Assembly (NCBI GenBank): GCA_043779265.1
Contig: JAYWEM010000125.1
Coordinates: 1 to 19,635 of the forward strand
Source of the DNA: a bacterium
GTDB taxonomy: Bacteria; Eisenbacteria; RBG-16-71-46
Length of the DNA: 19,635 nt
Reading direction: 5' to 3'
Positions 1 to 8,784 of the stretch are shown piece after piece. The notes under the pieces were generated by a model, which saw nothing but the letters and a program-made list of their open reading frames with translations, was not told the origin of the DNA and made no database searches. Positions within the stretch are counted from its first letter, which is position 1, and every line of letters starts with the position of its first letter. The translations under genes were made by a program, and so were the position numbers.

Positions 1-161
1 CGGACGCTCCCTCGCGGTTGCGCCCTTGCGGTTCCCTTGAGTCCCTGTGACCAAGTTCTCGGAGGACTTCCACCTCCAAGTCAGCGCCCATGCTGGGCGC
101 AACAAGAACGCCCGGCCCCCTCTCGGGGACCGGGCGCCTGTTCCTCGGGCGGGAAGGAGCG

Positions 162-701
162 TTACTTGCCCGCGGAGATCACCGCGATCAGAGCACCGTT
201 CTCGATGCGGAACGAGTACGTCCCCGTGGTGCCGAGGGCGTAGAGCGCGAACTCGCCATCACCCTTGATCTCGTCGATGAGCGCCTGCCGGCCGACGAAC
301 AGCTGGGCCGACTGGTCCCAGCCGACCGAGGCCGTCTCGCTCGAGCCCAACGCGACCGGGCCCCAGAGACGCTGGCCCGCGGCTCGCACCGCGGCGTCCG
401 TGGTCAGCGCGGCGCCGGGCGACGCCACCATCCACACTTCGACGGACGTGGCCGCACCGGTGTTGGTGAACTGGCCGAGCAGCGCCAGATCCGACACGGT
501 CTCGATCTTGTCCTTGTTGTCGTTGTACTCGGACTCGGTCGACAGATCGACCAACTGGCCGAACACCGCTGTCGGAGACGTGACGTTGATGGGCGTATCG
601 AACTCGTAGCTGACCGTGAACTGGCCGGAGATCAGGAAGCACCCGGCCGACATGAGAGCGGCAAGCGACAACGTCGAAGCCCAGAACCGGAACTTGTTCA
701 T
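162..701 (-). CDS. Putative lipoprotein of unknown function (179 aa)
   Basis: ATG at 701 with GGAGG 8 nt upstream. N-terminus MNKFRFWASTLSLAALMSAG-C has a basic n-region, a hydrophobic h-region and a lipobox-like Cys. The mature part is beta-rich. It starts 17 nt after the upstream beta-barrel gene, so likely an operon. Confidence 0.75.
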   Translation of the reverse strand: MNKFRFWASTLSLAALMSAGCFLISGQFTVSYEFDTPINVTSPTAVFGQLVDLSTESEYNDNKDKIETVSDLALLGQFTNTGAATSVEVWMVASPGAALTTDAAVRAAGQRLWGPVALGSSETASVGWDQSAQLFVGRQALIDEIKGDGEFALYALGTTGTYSFRIENGALIAVISAGK

Positions 702-718
702 GAGGTCTGCCTCCTCTC

Positions 719-1255
719 TCAAGGTGCGCTGAACAGCGCGTAGTGGAGTCCGACGGTGGCGTTGCCGAACTTGCGCGACGTCTCACCGTCCACGACGGCC
801 TGCAGCTCGCCGCGAATGTGGATCGAGACCTTGGGCGCCGGCGAGATGCCGATCCCGAGGCCGCCATTGAACGTGGTGAAGCTCTCGTCGGAGCCCGCAC
901 GCTTGAGCGACGTCTGACCGACGCCCGCGAACGGATAGAACGAGACCGGGCCGCCCATCGTCAGCAGCACGTTCGCCCCGAAGCTCGTGACATCGAACCC
1001 TTCACGGGTGTACGTGAAACCGGCGATGACCTCTTCCGCCTCGCCCATCGCCGCGCTCGCGAAGAAGGGCTCGATGGTGAGCAGCGGGACGAGCTTGATC
1101 GGCACGCGAAGGCCGAACGTGGTGCCCTGCTTCTGATCATCCTGGATGATCGGAATGCTGAGTCCGCCGAAGACACCCGCTTCGATGCCTGCGGCGTGCG
1201 CCTTCGTGCCGGCAAGTGCCAGCACGACACACGCGGTGACGAACAATCGCTTCAT
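719..1255 (-). CDS. Outer-membrane beta-barrel protein (OmpA/OMP_b-brl-like, probably 8-stranded)
   Basis: Strong SD (AAGGGGAGGAG) before the ATG. Signal peptide ends AHA-A. Alternating amphipathic strands: FGLRVPIK, SFYPFAGVG, FNGGLGIGI, IHIRGEL, ATVGLHYAL. Confidence 0.8.
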   Translation of the reverse strand: MKRLFVTACVVLALAGTKAHAAGIEAGVFGGLSIPIIQDDQKQGTTFGLRVPIKLVPLLTIEPFFASAAMGEAEEVIAGFTYTREGFDVTSFGANVLLTMGGPVSFYPFAGVGQTSLKRAGSDESFTTFNGGLGIGISPAPKVSIHIRGELQAVVDGETSRKFGNATVGLHYALFSAP

Positions 1256-1376
1256 GGGTCTCCTCCCCTTTGCGAGTGACCCCAGGTTGGCCCTGGGTCA
1301 CTTTCCAAGACGGTGCTCGGGTGCCCCGGCGTCACGGGGTCCGCGCACCATCGTCCACCTCGGCTGCGGCGCGACT

Positions 1377-2060
1377 CTACTGCAGCGTGTGCACGAGGTG
1401 AACCGTCGCACCGCAGTACCGGGTCAGCAGATCGGTGACGCGTGCGAGCATCACCGAGAGATCCTCTGTCGAGCGTTCAGCAGGACTGTACACGACGCAT
1501 AACAGGGCCCGGGTCGCCCCAGTGACCTGCGTGCGGGCGGAATCCGAAGTCGGGGCACCGAATGCGCCGATGTCGTCCGCGAGGAGCGGGCGCTCGGTCA
1601 GGCCGACGCGGCCCTTTCGGATCCCCTCGTAGCCCTCGCCGCCGCGGCCCATGCGGGCGAAGACGGCGCCATGGACGAGATCGCGATCGTAGAGTCCGAG
1701 CGAGAACTGGTGCTCGACCGACGCGAGATTGCAGCAGTCGACCGCGGGGACGATGCTCGGGAACGCCTTGCCCTGCTGGACGCGGCGCAACAGCGCCTCG
1801 CTCGAGGGGCGAGTCTTGGTGGGGTCGACGCCGAGTCGGTGGAACATGCGGCGATTCTCGCCCACACCGGGAAGATCGCCCGCCGAACGGCCGGCCAGAC
1901 GCGAGACGACACGCGTCAGGGCATCATCGCGTTCGTGCGCGAAGCCCTCTTGGAGCCCCTCGGGCGAGAGACCGTCCGCCTCCAACCAGCCCAGCGTCAA
2001 AATCCCGCGGAGCGCTGCGTCCACCTCGAAGGCGAGGCCGTTGCGTGTCGGAAGCGTCAT
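1377..2060 (-). CDS. Stand-alone B3/4 (PheRS beta-subunit editing-like) domain protein
   Basis: Motifs LGVDPTKTRPSSEALLRR, DCCNLASV, LGLYDRD, GYEGI and LADDIGAFGAPTSDSART are typical of free-standing B3/4 proteins. GAGGA SD upstream. Confidence 0.85.
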   Translation of the reverse strand: MTLPTRNGLAFEVDAALRGILTLGWLEADGLSPEGLQEGFAHERDDALTRVVSRLAGRSAGDLPGVGENRRMFHRLGVDPTKTRPSSEALLRRVQQGKAFPSIVPAVDCCNLASVEHQFSLGLYDRDLVHGAVFARMGRGGEGYEGIRKGRVGLTERPLLADDIGAFGAPTSDSARTQVTGATRALLCVVYSPAERSTEDLSVMLARVTDLLTRYCGATVHLVHTLQ

Positions 2061-2412
2061 CGGTTGGTCCTCGCCGCGGTGCGCGAGGATCGCGCTTCAA
2101 CACGGATCATCGTGAACCGGAATCGAATGCCCTTGTATCGATGAAGAGAAGCGGGCGGCGGGAAGTCCTTTTCCAACCCAGCGCCAGAGGGTGACGCGGA
2201 TAGCGCCCCCTTGTCGCTGCGGCCAACAATCCTCTGTCCGCCACCCGCCGGTTCCTGAGCTCTCTTCACACGAGGGCCATACTCGTGCGTCGCTCCGGCT
2301 TCGACTGCGCTTGCTGCTCTTCATTCGCGACGCAATCGTGGTGCGGTGAACGCGGTGGCAACATAGCCGACCGTTTACGCGTGCGCCAGCACAAAAGCAC
2401 GCACGTTCGACA

Positions 2413-5130
2413 TCAGGAGTTCGAAGGTGCCCCTTCGGGCGCGGGCGGCAACTTGCGATCGACGGATTCGATTCGCCACACGCGACGAGCTTCACCCTCA
2501 CCCAACTCGACGGCGTCTCCGATGGCACGTCCGACGAGCGAGCGAGCGATCGCCGCCTGATGCGAGATGACGTTCTCTCCCAGGTGATGTTCGCCATCAC
2601 CGAGGATCCAATAGCTCACGTTGTCGTCTTCGGACACCAACGTGACTTCCGTGCCAAGACCGGCGATGCCCTTCACGAAATCGGTGTCCTCGACGAAGCG
2701 AGCGCGGGAAAGCCGCAGCTGGAGCGCCCCCACGAGATTCTGGTAGTTCGCCTGCTTGTCCTTGGCGGAGTGGTACTCGGCGTTCTCCTTGAGATCGCCG
2801 AGCTCACGCGCGGTCTGGATGGTCTGCGGGATGGTGGTGCGGAGTTCACGCTCCAGCACATCCATCTCAAGATGAAGCTTGTGGAACGTGGCACGAGTCA
2901 TGATAGGGACGTCGAAGGACTCCGCCTGCTCTCCGACCGAGCTGAACAACTTCTCGACGCGGCGCTGACGATGCTCGAGCACGCCGGTCTTCTCGTCCTC
3001 CATGCCGAGACGGGAGATCGCCTCGAGCGTGGGAAACAGGTACCGATCGCTCGAACGCCACTGCCGCAGCAGGACGCGCACCTTGAGACGCGTCTCGTTG
3101 ATCATCGGCACCGGCTTCACGAGGCGCTCGAAATCCCCGCCCGACTCCAGCCAGCGCAGCACCTTCTCCGCCGTCGAGGGCTTCGGGCGCTCCTCGATCA
3201 GCTGCAGCGCGGAGAACAGCAGTCGCCACGCATCCTCGACCGGCGCGGGCGTGACGAACGCCTCCTCGATCAGCCGGAGCGCAGCCGCCGGATACTGAAC
3301 GCAATGATCGAGTAGCACGCGGCGCAGACGAGCGCGGCCCTCGTCGTCGAGCTGCAGTCGGGCCTTCTCCGCTTCATCGCGAACCGCAGCGAACCGCGAG
3401 TCGAGCGCCGAGAGGATCGCCTCCGCATCGACACCGGCGGAGCGCGAGTCGGCCAACAACCCGAGCTGCTCGTCCTCGGTCGAGAGGTCGGAGATCGTCA
3501 GGCCCTGCTCCCACAGGATACGCAGCACTCCCAGCCATTTCTCGCGCATCTCCGGGTACCAGCGCGACTGATAGAGCCCGGCACGAGCGCGATCGGGGCG
3601 CTCGGCGTCCTCGTCGGCGACGAGGCGCTGCACGAAGCGACCGAAGCGGCCCCTCAGCGCCTGCTCGCTCGCGGGATGCTGGGCGAGGAACTTCTTGATG
3701 ACGCCGAGGTTCGTGCGAGCGGGCTTGCGCGGCTCGAACGGCGGCAGCGGGATGGTGTCGTCCTCCGCCTCCTTGGCCGCGCCCTCGGGTGCAAGGCGAT
3801 AGTGCTGCTCGAACGCGCGCGCGTGATCGATGCGCGGGTCCTTCTCGCAGGCGGGCTTGCCCTTGCGCCAGAACGGCGTCCACTCCTTGGCGGGCACCAG
3901 ATGGGCGCTCACCATGAACATCTTGAGTCGGCTGGCATCGGCCTCGCCGCCGAGCGCTTTGAGGGCGCCGACGATCAGCGTGCCGTGTTCCTCGCCGCGA
4001 AGGCGCAGCAGCTCGGCCGGATCCGACAGGCGCAGCAGGCGCACATCATCCTCGAGGATCGGCGCGAGCGTCCGGCGGGCCGCCTGATACGGCATCGTGC
4101 GGCCCTTCTCCTTCACGAAGTCGATGACGACGGTATCCGTGTCATTCGAGACGATCCGCCCGGGGCCGAAGCCGTCATGCAGCACACCACGACCCGGCGC
4201 GAGCGCCGCGATCGAGTCGAAGGCCTCCATCGCCTTCTGCACCGGCACCTCATCGCCGAGGAGACCGCTCTGGACGAGCGCGTCCTCGACGTTCGGCACG
4301 CCAGCACCGGGACCCTGGCGCATCGCGAGTGCGACGGCCCCGCGGAACGGCTCGGCGGCATCGTCGCCCTTGGCGCCGGTTGCGGTGGCGACCACGCGGC
4401 GCAGGGGCTCGAGCGCGGTGCCAGCATGGTTGCTCTTGGCCAGCCCATCCACGGCGACCGCCGCGATCTGTGCCGCTTCCTTCAGCGCACCCTGCGATGC
4501 CGCGATCGGCAGCGCGAGCGCGAGCTGTGTGAGGCCCTCGTGATCGCCGTGCTCCGCAAGCTCGACGGCGGCTTCCTCGAGTTCGCCGAAGCGCTGGTCC
4601 TCGGCGAAGTGCGGGGCCAGCTCCGCCAGCAGGATGCGGCGGTCCTCGCCGCGCGAGGCTTCGCCGAGTCGCTTGGCGAGCTGCATCGCGAGATCGATGT
4701 CATCGGGCATCACCGCCCAGGCGCGCGACAGCGCTTCGATGCGGTCGGGTTCCTTGCCGAGCCCCTCGTGCGCCTGAACCAACAGCTTGGCGGCGGCTTG
4801 CGAGGCGACCAGACCGAGCGCGCGATCGGCGATGGCGGCGAGTGGCTCCCACTTCTTGCCTGCAGCGAGTTTCTGTCCGAGTTGGAGCAGCGTCTGATTC
4901 GCGCGCTCGAGATCGCCGTGCAATGCCGAACACGCCGCGAGCAGATACGAGACACCCCACGGAGCGTCGGCTTCGCGCTGGCGATTGGCCAGCTCCTTGA
5001 TCACCGACTCGATGCGCTTCTCACTCTGCGCATCACCTGCGATGGACTCGAGTTGCTCGCGCGAAGTCGGACTGAGATCGGAGCCGAGATCACCCCGGAG
5101 AACAGACGGCAGGACTTCGCGGACGGGCAT
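2413..5130 (-). CDS. greA: Transcription elongation factor GreA with a long (~740 aa) N-terminal extension
   Basis: The C-terminal ~160 aa is a GreA domain (MTRATFHKL...ARELGDLKENAEYHSAK...ISHQAAIARSLVG) with the acidic D/E tip intact. The N-terminal part is helical (TPR-like) plus an HxxFGxGRI Tudor/CarD-like strand motif. GAGGGA SD upstream. Confidence 0.85.
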   Translation of the reverse strand: MPVREVLPSVLRGDLGSDLSPTSREQLESIAGDAQSEKRIESVIKELANRQREADAPWGVSYLLAACSALHGDLERANQTLLQLGQKLAAGKKWEPLAAIADRALGLVASQAAAKLLVQAHEGLGKEPDRIEALSRAWAVMPDDIDLAMQLAKRLGEASRGEDRRILLAELAPHFAEDQRFGELEEAAVELAEHGDHEGLTQLALALPIAASQGALKEAAQIAAVAVDGLAKSNHAGTALEPLRRVVATATGAKGDDAAEPFRGAVALAMRQGPGAGVPNVEDALVQSGLLGDEVPVQKAMEAFDSIAALAPGRGVLHDGFGPGRIVSNDTDTVVIDFVKEKGRTMPYQAARRTLAPILEDDVRLLRLSDPAELLRLRGEEHGTLIVGALKALGGEADASRLKMFMVSAHLVPAKEWTPFWRKGKPACEKDPRIDHARAFEQHYRLAPEGAAKEAEDDTIPLPPFEPRKPARTNLGVIKKFLAQHPASEQALRGRFGRFVQRLVADEDAERPDRARAGLYQSRWYPEMREKWLGVLRILWEQGLTISDLSTEDEQLGLLADSRSAGVDAEAILSALDSRFAAVRDEAEKARLQLDDEGRARLRRVLLDHCVQYPAAALRLIEEAFVTPAPVEDAWRLLFSALQLIEERPKPSTAEKVLRWLESGGDFERLVKPVPMINETRLKVRVLLRQWRSSDRYLFPTLEAISRLGMEDEKTGVLEHRQRRVEKLFSSVGEQAESFDVPIMTRATFHKLHLEMDVLERELRTTIPQTIQTARELGDLKENAEYHSAKDKQANYQNLVGALQLRLSRARFVEDTDFVKGIAGLGTEVTLVSEDDNVSYWILGDGEHHLGENVISHQAAIARSLVGRAIGDAVELGEGEARRVWRIESVDRKLPPAPEGAPSNS

Positions 5131-5353
5131 GGTCCCTCATATGGGTGAAGACGATGGGCTGGGTGCGGACCAAGGAATATCCCCGAGCACGACGCTGGCC
5201 GCAAGCGAGTGGCGCAGGTAATTCGCAGCCTTCTGAACCCGCGGCGCAACCCCCTCTCCGGTCGCGGCTTGCGGCGGCGACCAGGAAGCGGTCCGGGACT
5301 GTCCTTTGACATCTCGGCGCGCACGCGTCCTCGCCACCACAGGTCCGCCCCAC

Positions 5354-5359
5354 TATGCT
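5354..5359 (+). promoter_or_regulatory. Candidate -10 hexamer (TATGCT) for a near-leaderless pduO transcript
   Basis: TANNNT lies 9 nt before the ATG and no SD precedes the start. No correctly spaced -35 is visible. Confidence 0.3.
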
Positions 5360-5368
5360 GCTCGCCAC

Positions 5369-5911
5369 ATGCGCATCTACACACGCACCGGGGACGATGG
5401 CACGACCGGCCTGCTCGGCCGCGATCGCGTGCCCAAGCACGACGCTCGCGTCGAGGCCTATGGCAGTGTCGATGAGTTGAACGCCGTCCTCGGCGTGGTG
5501 CGCGCACAGGATGGCGAGCGCTGGTTCGAGGATCTGCTGCCGGCGATCCAGTCGGCGCTCTTCCGTCTCGGCGCCGAGTTGGCGACCGCGGATCAGAAGA
5601 TGCTGGAGAAGCTGGACCGCATCGCCGATACCGACATCGAAGGGCTGGAGCGCGCGATCGACCGTCTCGAAGCCGATCTGCCGCCGCTCACCTCTTTCAT
5701 CTTGCCAGCGGGGACGCTGCTGGCCGCGCAACTCCACCTGGCCCGCACCGTGTGTCGTCGCGCGGAGCGCCGGGTGACTGCCCTGGCAGAATGCGGTCCG
5801 GTGGAACCGAGGATCGTGCGTCATCTCAACCGGCTCGCCGATCTTCTGTTCGTGATGGCGCGCTGGAGCAACCATCGTGCGGGCGTGCCGGAAGTGACCT
5901 GGCCCACCTGA
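5369..5911 (+). CDS. pduO: ATP:cob(I)alamin adenosyltransferase, PduO type
   Basis: Signature motifs MRIYTRTGDDGTTGL, EAYGSVDELNA, FILPAG, LHLARTVCRRAER and LNRLADLLFVMAR. Confidence 0.93.
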   Translation: MRIYTRTGDDGTTGLLGRDRVPKHDARVEAYGSVDELNAVLGVVRAQDGERWFEDLLPAIQSALFRLGAELATADQKMLEKLDRIADTDIEGLERAIDRLEADLPPLTSFILPAGTLLAAQLHLARTVCRRAERRVTALAECGPVEPRIVRHLNRLADLLFVMARWSNHRAGVPEVTWPT

Positions 5912-6084
5912 ACGAGACCCCGAAGCGAGGGCACAGCACCCTCGCCTCGGCACCCGGACGTCCGAGCCGCGCCCGACCCCCCTGGAAACGCGGGCTTGCA
6001 TCCGGCCGCGGGTTCGGCTTTCATGGTGTTGCTGCCGCCGATGCTGCTGACGTCAGGCGGTTCTGTATCGCACGGAGGAAGCCC

Positions 6085-7263
6085 ATGCACCGTTGGCTCG
6101 CGCACAGCGCGCCCGGTGGCTCCTCTCGCACCCTGCTCCTCGCCGTAGTTGCGGCCTGCCTGATGTCGACGCCAGCCGCAGCGGATGTCACGGTCAAGGA
6201 GAGGACGGTGTCGTCCGGCCTCGGTGGTTTCGGGAACGGCACCAGCACCACGACCATGGTGATCGCGGGAGACAAGAGCCGCAGCGACGAGGAGTACATC
6301 TACACCGGCCGGATGAAGACGCTGGTGGGTGGCAAGCCGAGGCAGTCCTCGACGATCGTCCGCTTGGATCGCGGGATGATCCTGGACGTCGATCATGCCA
6401 AAAAGGAATACTCCGAGCTGACGTTCGCCCAGATGGGCCAGATGATGACCCAGGGCATGGCCGACATGCAGTCTCAGATGGCCGACCCGAAGGCGCGGCA
6501 GGCGATGCAGGAAGTCGAGATGACCTATAAGCTCGACGTCCAGCGGACCGGCAAGAAGGAAACGGTCAACAGCTTCGCGGCCGAGCAGGTGATCGTGACG
6601 ATGGTCGCGACCCCGAAGGACAAGTCCCAGGCCGGCGCGCCCGGCATGGGCAGCTACACGATGAAGATGGACCAGTGGCTGAGCACCACAGTGCCCGGCC
6701 AGGCCGAGATGTCCGCGTACTATCGGCTCTGGGCTGAGAAGATGGGGCTCGATCCGCAGCTCCAACGCATGGGCCGTGCGATGGCCGGTCCCTATGCAGC
6801 AGGTTTCAAGCAGATGGCCGAGAAGCTCAAGGACATCAAGGGCACGCCCGTCCGGAGCACGGTCACGATCGACATCGATGCGGCCGCCGGGATGACACCC
6901 GCGCAGAAGGCCGACATGGAGAAGGCCATGGCCGACGCCGAGACGTCGCGTGCCACGGCCAAGAAGAAGAAGGACGCGCAGGACGAGAAGGACTCCGATT
7001 CGGATGCTGCCTCGAGTGTCGCCAAAGGCGATGTCGGGGGCGCGCTGGGCGGGTTCCTCTCCAAGAGGCTCGGCAAGGCCGCGGAGAACAAGGTCGAGAA
7101 GTCGGTCGGCACGCCCAGAGCATCGGGTGGCAGCGCCGCATTCTCCTCCACCACCGACATGCTGAGTGTCAGCACCGGTGCCGCCGCCGCGAGTTTCGAA
7201 GTGCCTGCCGGCTACAAGAAGGTCGAGCGCAAGCTTCCGACGACCACTTCGCCCAAGAAGTGA
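6085..7263 (+). CDS. Secreted protein, DUF4412-like (392 aa)
   Basis: GGAGG SD at 6074-6078. Signal peptide (LLLAVVAACLMSTPAAA-D). Family-typical segments: IVRLDRGMILDVDHAKKEYSE, TGKKETVNSFAAE and C-terminal FEVPAGYKKV. Confidence 0.7.
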   Translation: MHRWLAHSAPGGSSRTLLLAVVAACLMSTPAAADVTVKERTVSSGLGGFGNGTSTTTMVIAGDKSRSDEEYIYTGRMKTLVGGKPRQSSTIVRLDRGMILDVDHAKKEYSELTFAQMGQMMTQGMADMQSQMADPKARQAMQEVEMTYKLDVQRTGKKETVNSFAAEQVIVTMVATPKDKSQAGAPGMGSYTMKMDQWLSTTVPGQAEMSAYYRLWAEKMGLDPQLQRMGRAMAGPYAAGFKQMAEKLKDIKGTPVRSTVTIDIDAAAGMTPAQKADMEKAMADAETSRATAKKKKDAQDEKDSDSDAASSVAKGDVGGALGGFLSKRLGKAAENKVEKSVGTPRASGGSAAFSSTTDMLSVSTGAAAASFEVPAGYKKVERKLPTTTSPKK

Positions 7264-7497
7264 CGGGGTCGTCCGACTGGCGGGCTGAACGCCGCCAGAT
7301 CGAGCAAGCGCTCTCCCGATATCCCGCGCGGTGCGCTGGGCCACATGTGCCCAGCGACGCGCACACGAACCACCCCCGGGGTCGACTCCAGTCGCCCGGC
7401 AAGGACCCAACCCATGAGACCTCGCCGTCGCCGTGTCCGCACCCCCCGTCCAGTCGACGGTGGTGGTGCCCCCGAGAACCAGAATGAGGCCCCACCG

Positions 7498-8757
7498 ATG
7501 AACGATTCACCTAAGCAGTTCGACGCGCCCACACCCGCATCCGAGAGCAGCGCCGAAGGCGCGCCGTCGGGTGGCGGGGAAGGCGATGGCGGACGCGAAG
7601 GAGGCTCCCGCGAGGGCGCCTTCCGTTACAGCAACAACAATCGCAAGCGCCGTCGGCGCCGTCGCGGCCCGGAGCCGCGCCAAGATGGCCGTGCAGCCAG
7701 CGGCCCGTCGAGCGGTGGCCCGTCCGGAGGTGGCCAGTCCAGCGGCCCCAGCTATCAGGACCGTGGCGATCGCCCCGAACGAGGTGGCCGTCGTGGTCGT
7801 CGCGGCCGCAGCACCGGCGGTGACTCGCCGCGTCCGCAGCGCCGTCGCGGACTCGAGGTGTTGCGCCAGATGCAGAACGTGGGCGCCGCGCTCGATCCGA
7901 CCGAACGCCTGATCCTCGAACTTCCCGCCGGTCAGGGCAGCCCGCCCGATGGCGATCGCATCACCGGCCGCGCGCTCGATCTGATCGCGCCTCTGGGACG
8001 CGGCCAGCGCTGCCTGCTGGTGGCGCCGCCCAAGGCCGGCAAGACGCGCATCCTCCAGTGCATCGCCGCCTCGATCGCGCACAACCACCCGGAGATCAAG
8101 GTGTACGCGCTGCTCGTGGACGAGCGCCCCGAGGAGGTCACCGACTTCAAGCGCAACACGCCGGCCGAGGTGATCGCCGCCTCCAGCGACATGAGCGCTC
8201 GCGAACACATCGAGTGCGCCGAGGAGGCGATGGACCGCGTGGCGCAGGAAGTGATCGACGGCAAGGATGTCGTGCTGCTGCTCGACTCGATCACGCGTCT
8301 GGCGCGCGCTTACAACTCGGCGGCCGGCAACGGTGGTCGCACGATGTCGGGCGGCCTCGACTCCAATGCGATGCAGGCACCGCGCCAGATCTTCGGCTCG
8401 GCCCGCAAGATCGAGAACGGCGGCTCGCTCACGATCATCGGCACCGCGCTGGTCGATACCGGCAGCCGCATGGACCAGATCATCTTCGAGGAGTTCAAGG
8501 GGACCGGTAACTCCGAGGTCTACCTGTCGCGCGAGCTGGCCGAGCGCCGCATCTTCCCGGCGATCGACATCGCCAAGAGCGGCACGCGCAAGGAGGAGAA
8601 GCTCATCGCCCCCGAGCTGCTCGGCACGTTCCAGACCCTGCGCCGCGTGCTGCTCGGCATGCCGCTGCAGGAGTCGATGAGCAAGCTCATCGACCGCCTG
8701 CAGAAGACCCAGACCAACGAGCAGTTCTACCAGTTGGTGCGGGTGGGCGAGAGCTAG
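7498..8757 (+). CDS. rho: Transcription termination factor Rho, atypical (no recognisable N-terminal RNA-binding domain; Arg/Gly-rich disordered N-terminus)
   Basis: Intact ATPase core: DLIAPLGRGQR, Walker A APPKAGKT, DERPEEVTD, Walker B LLLDSITRLARAYN, Q-loop SGGLD, R-loop EEFKGTGN and SGTRKEE. Start chosen at ATG 7498 (GAGG upstream). The ORF is open from 7345. Confidence 0.9.
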   Translation: MNDSPKQFDAPTPASESSAEGAPSGGGEGDGGREGGSREGAFRYSNNNRKRRRRRRGPEPRQDGRAASGPSSGGPSGGGQSSGPSYQDRGDRPERGGRRGRRGRSTGGDSPRPQRRRGLEVLRQMQNVGAALDPTERLILELPAGQGSPPDGDRITGRALDLIAPLGRGQRCLLVAPPKAGKTRILQCIAASIAHNHPEIKVYALLVDERPEEVTDFKRNTPAEVIAASSDMSAREHIECAEEAMDRVAQEVIDGKDVVLLLDSITRLARAYNSAAGNGGRTMSGGLDSNAMQAPRQIFGSARKIENGGSLTIIGTALVDTGSRMDQIIFEEFKGTGNSEVYLSRELAERRIFPAIDIAKSGTRKEEKLIAPELLGTFQTLRRVLLGMPLQESMSKLIDRLQKTQTNEQFYQLVRVGES

Positions 8758-8784
8758 GGAGTCGGCATCTCGTCCGGCGCGATT

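Noticed and set aside
2057..2269. 70-aa ORF upstream of the B3/4 gene as a bona fide CDS
   Set aside because: No SD or motif. The ATGA overlap arises trivially from the ATG-ACG start of the next gene.
3676..5148. 490-aa plus-strand ORF (likewise 5821-7410 -, 9810-11210 +, 12953-14488 +)
   Set aside because: These lie fully antisense to well-supported genes and have Arg/His/Gly-biased composition typical of shadow ORFs.
5306..5311. Perfect TTGACA -35 hexamer
   Set aside because: No -10 lies at 16-18 nt; the TATGCT is 42 nt away.
5131..5368. Possible cobalamin riboswitch upstream of pduO
   Set aside because: No B12-box or the conserved GGGAA, GCAACTGT and GCCACTG elements were found.
7264..7300. 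CTGGCGG/CCGCCAG stem after the DUF4412-like gene as an intrinsic terminator
   Set aside because: No U-tract, and short GC stems are expected by chance at this GC content.
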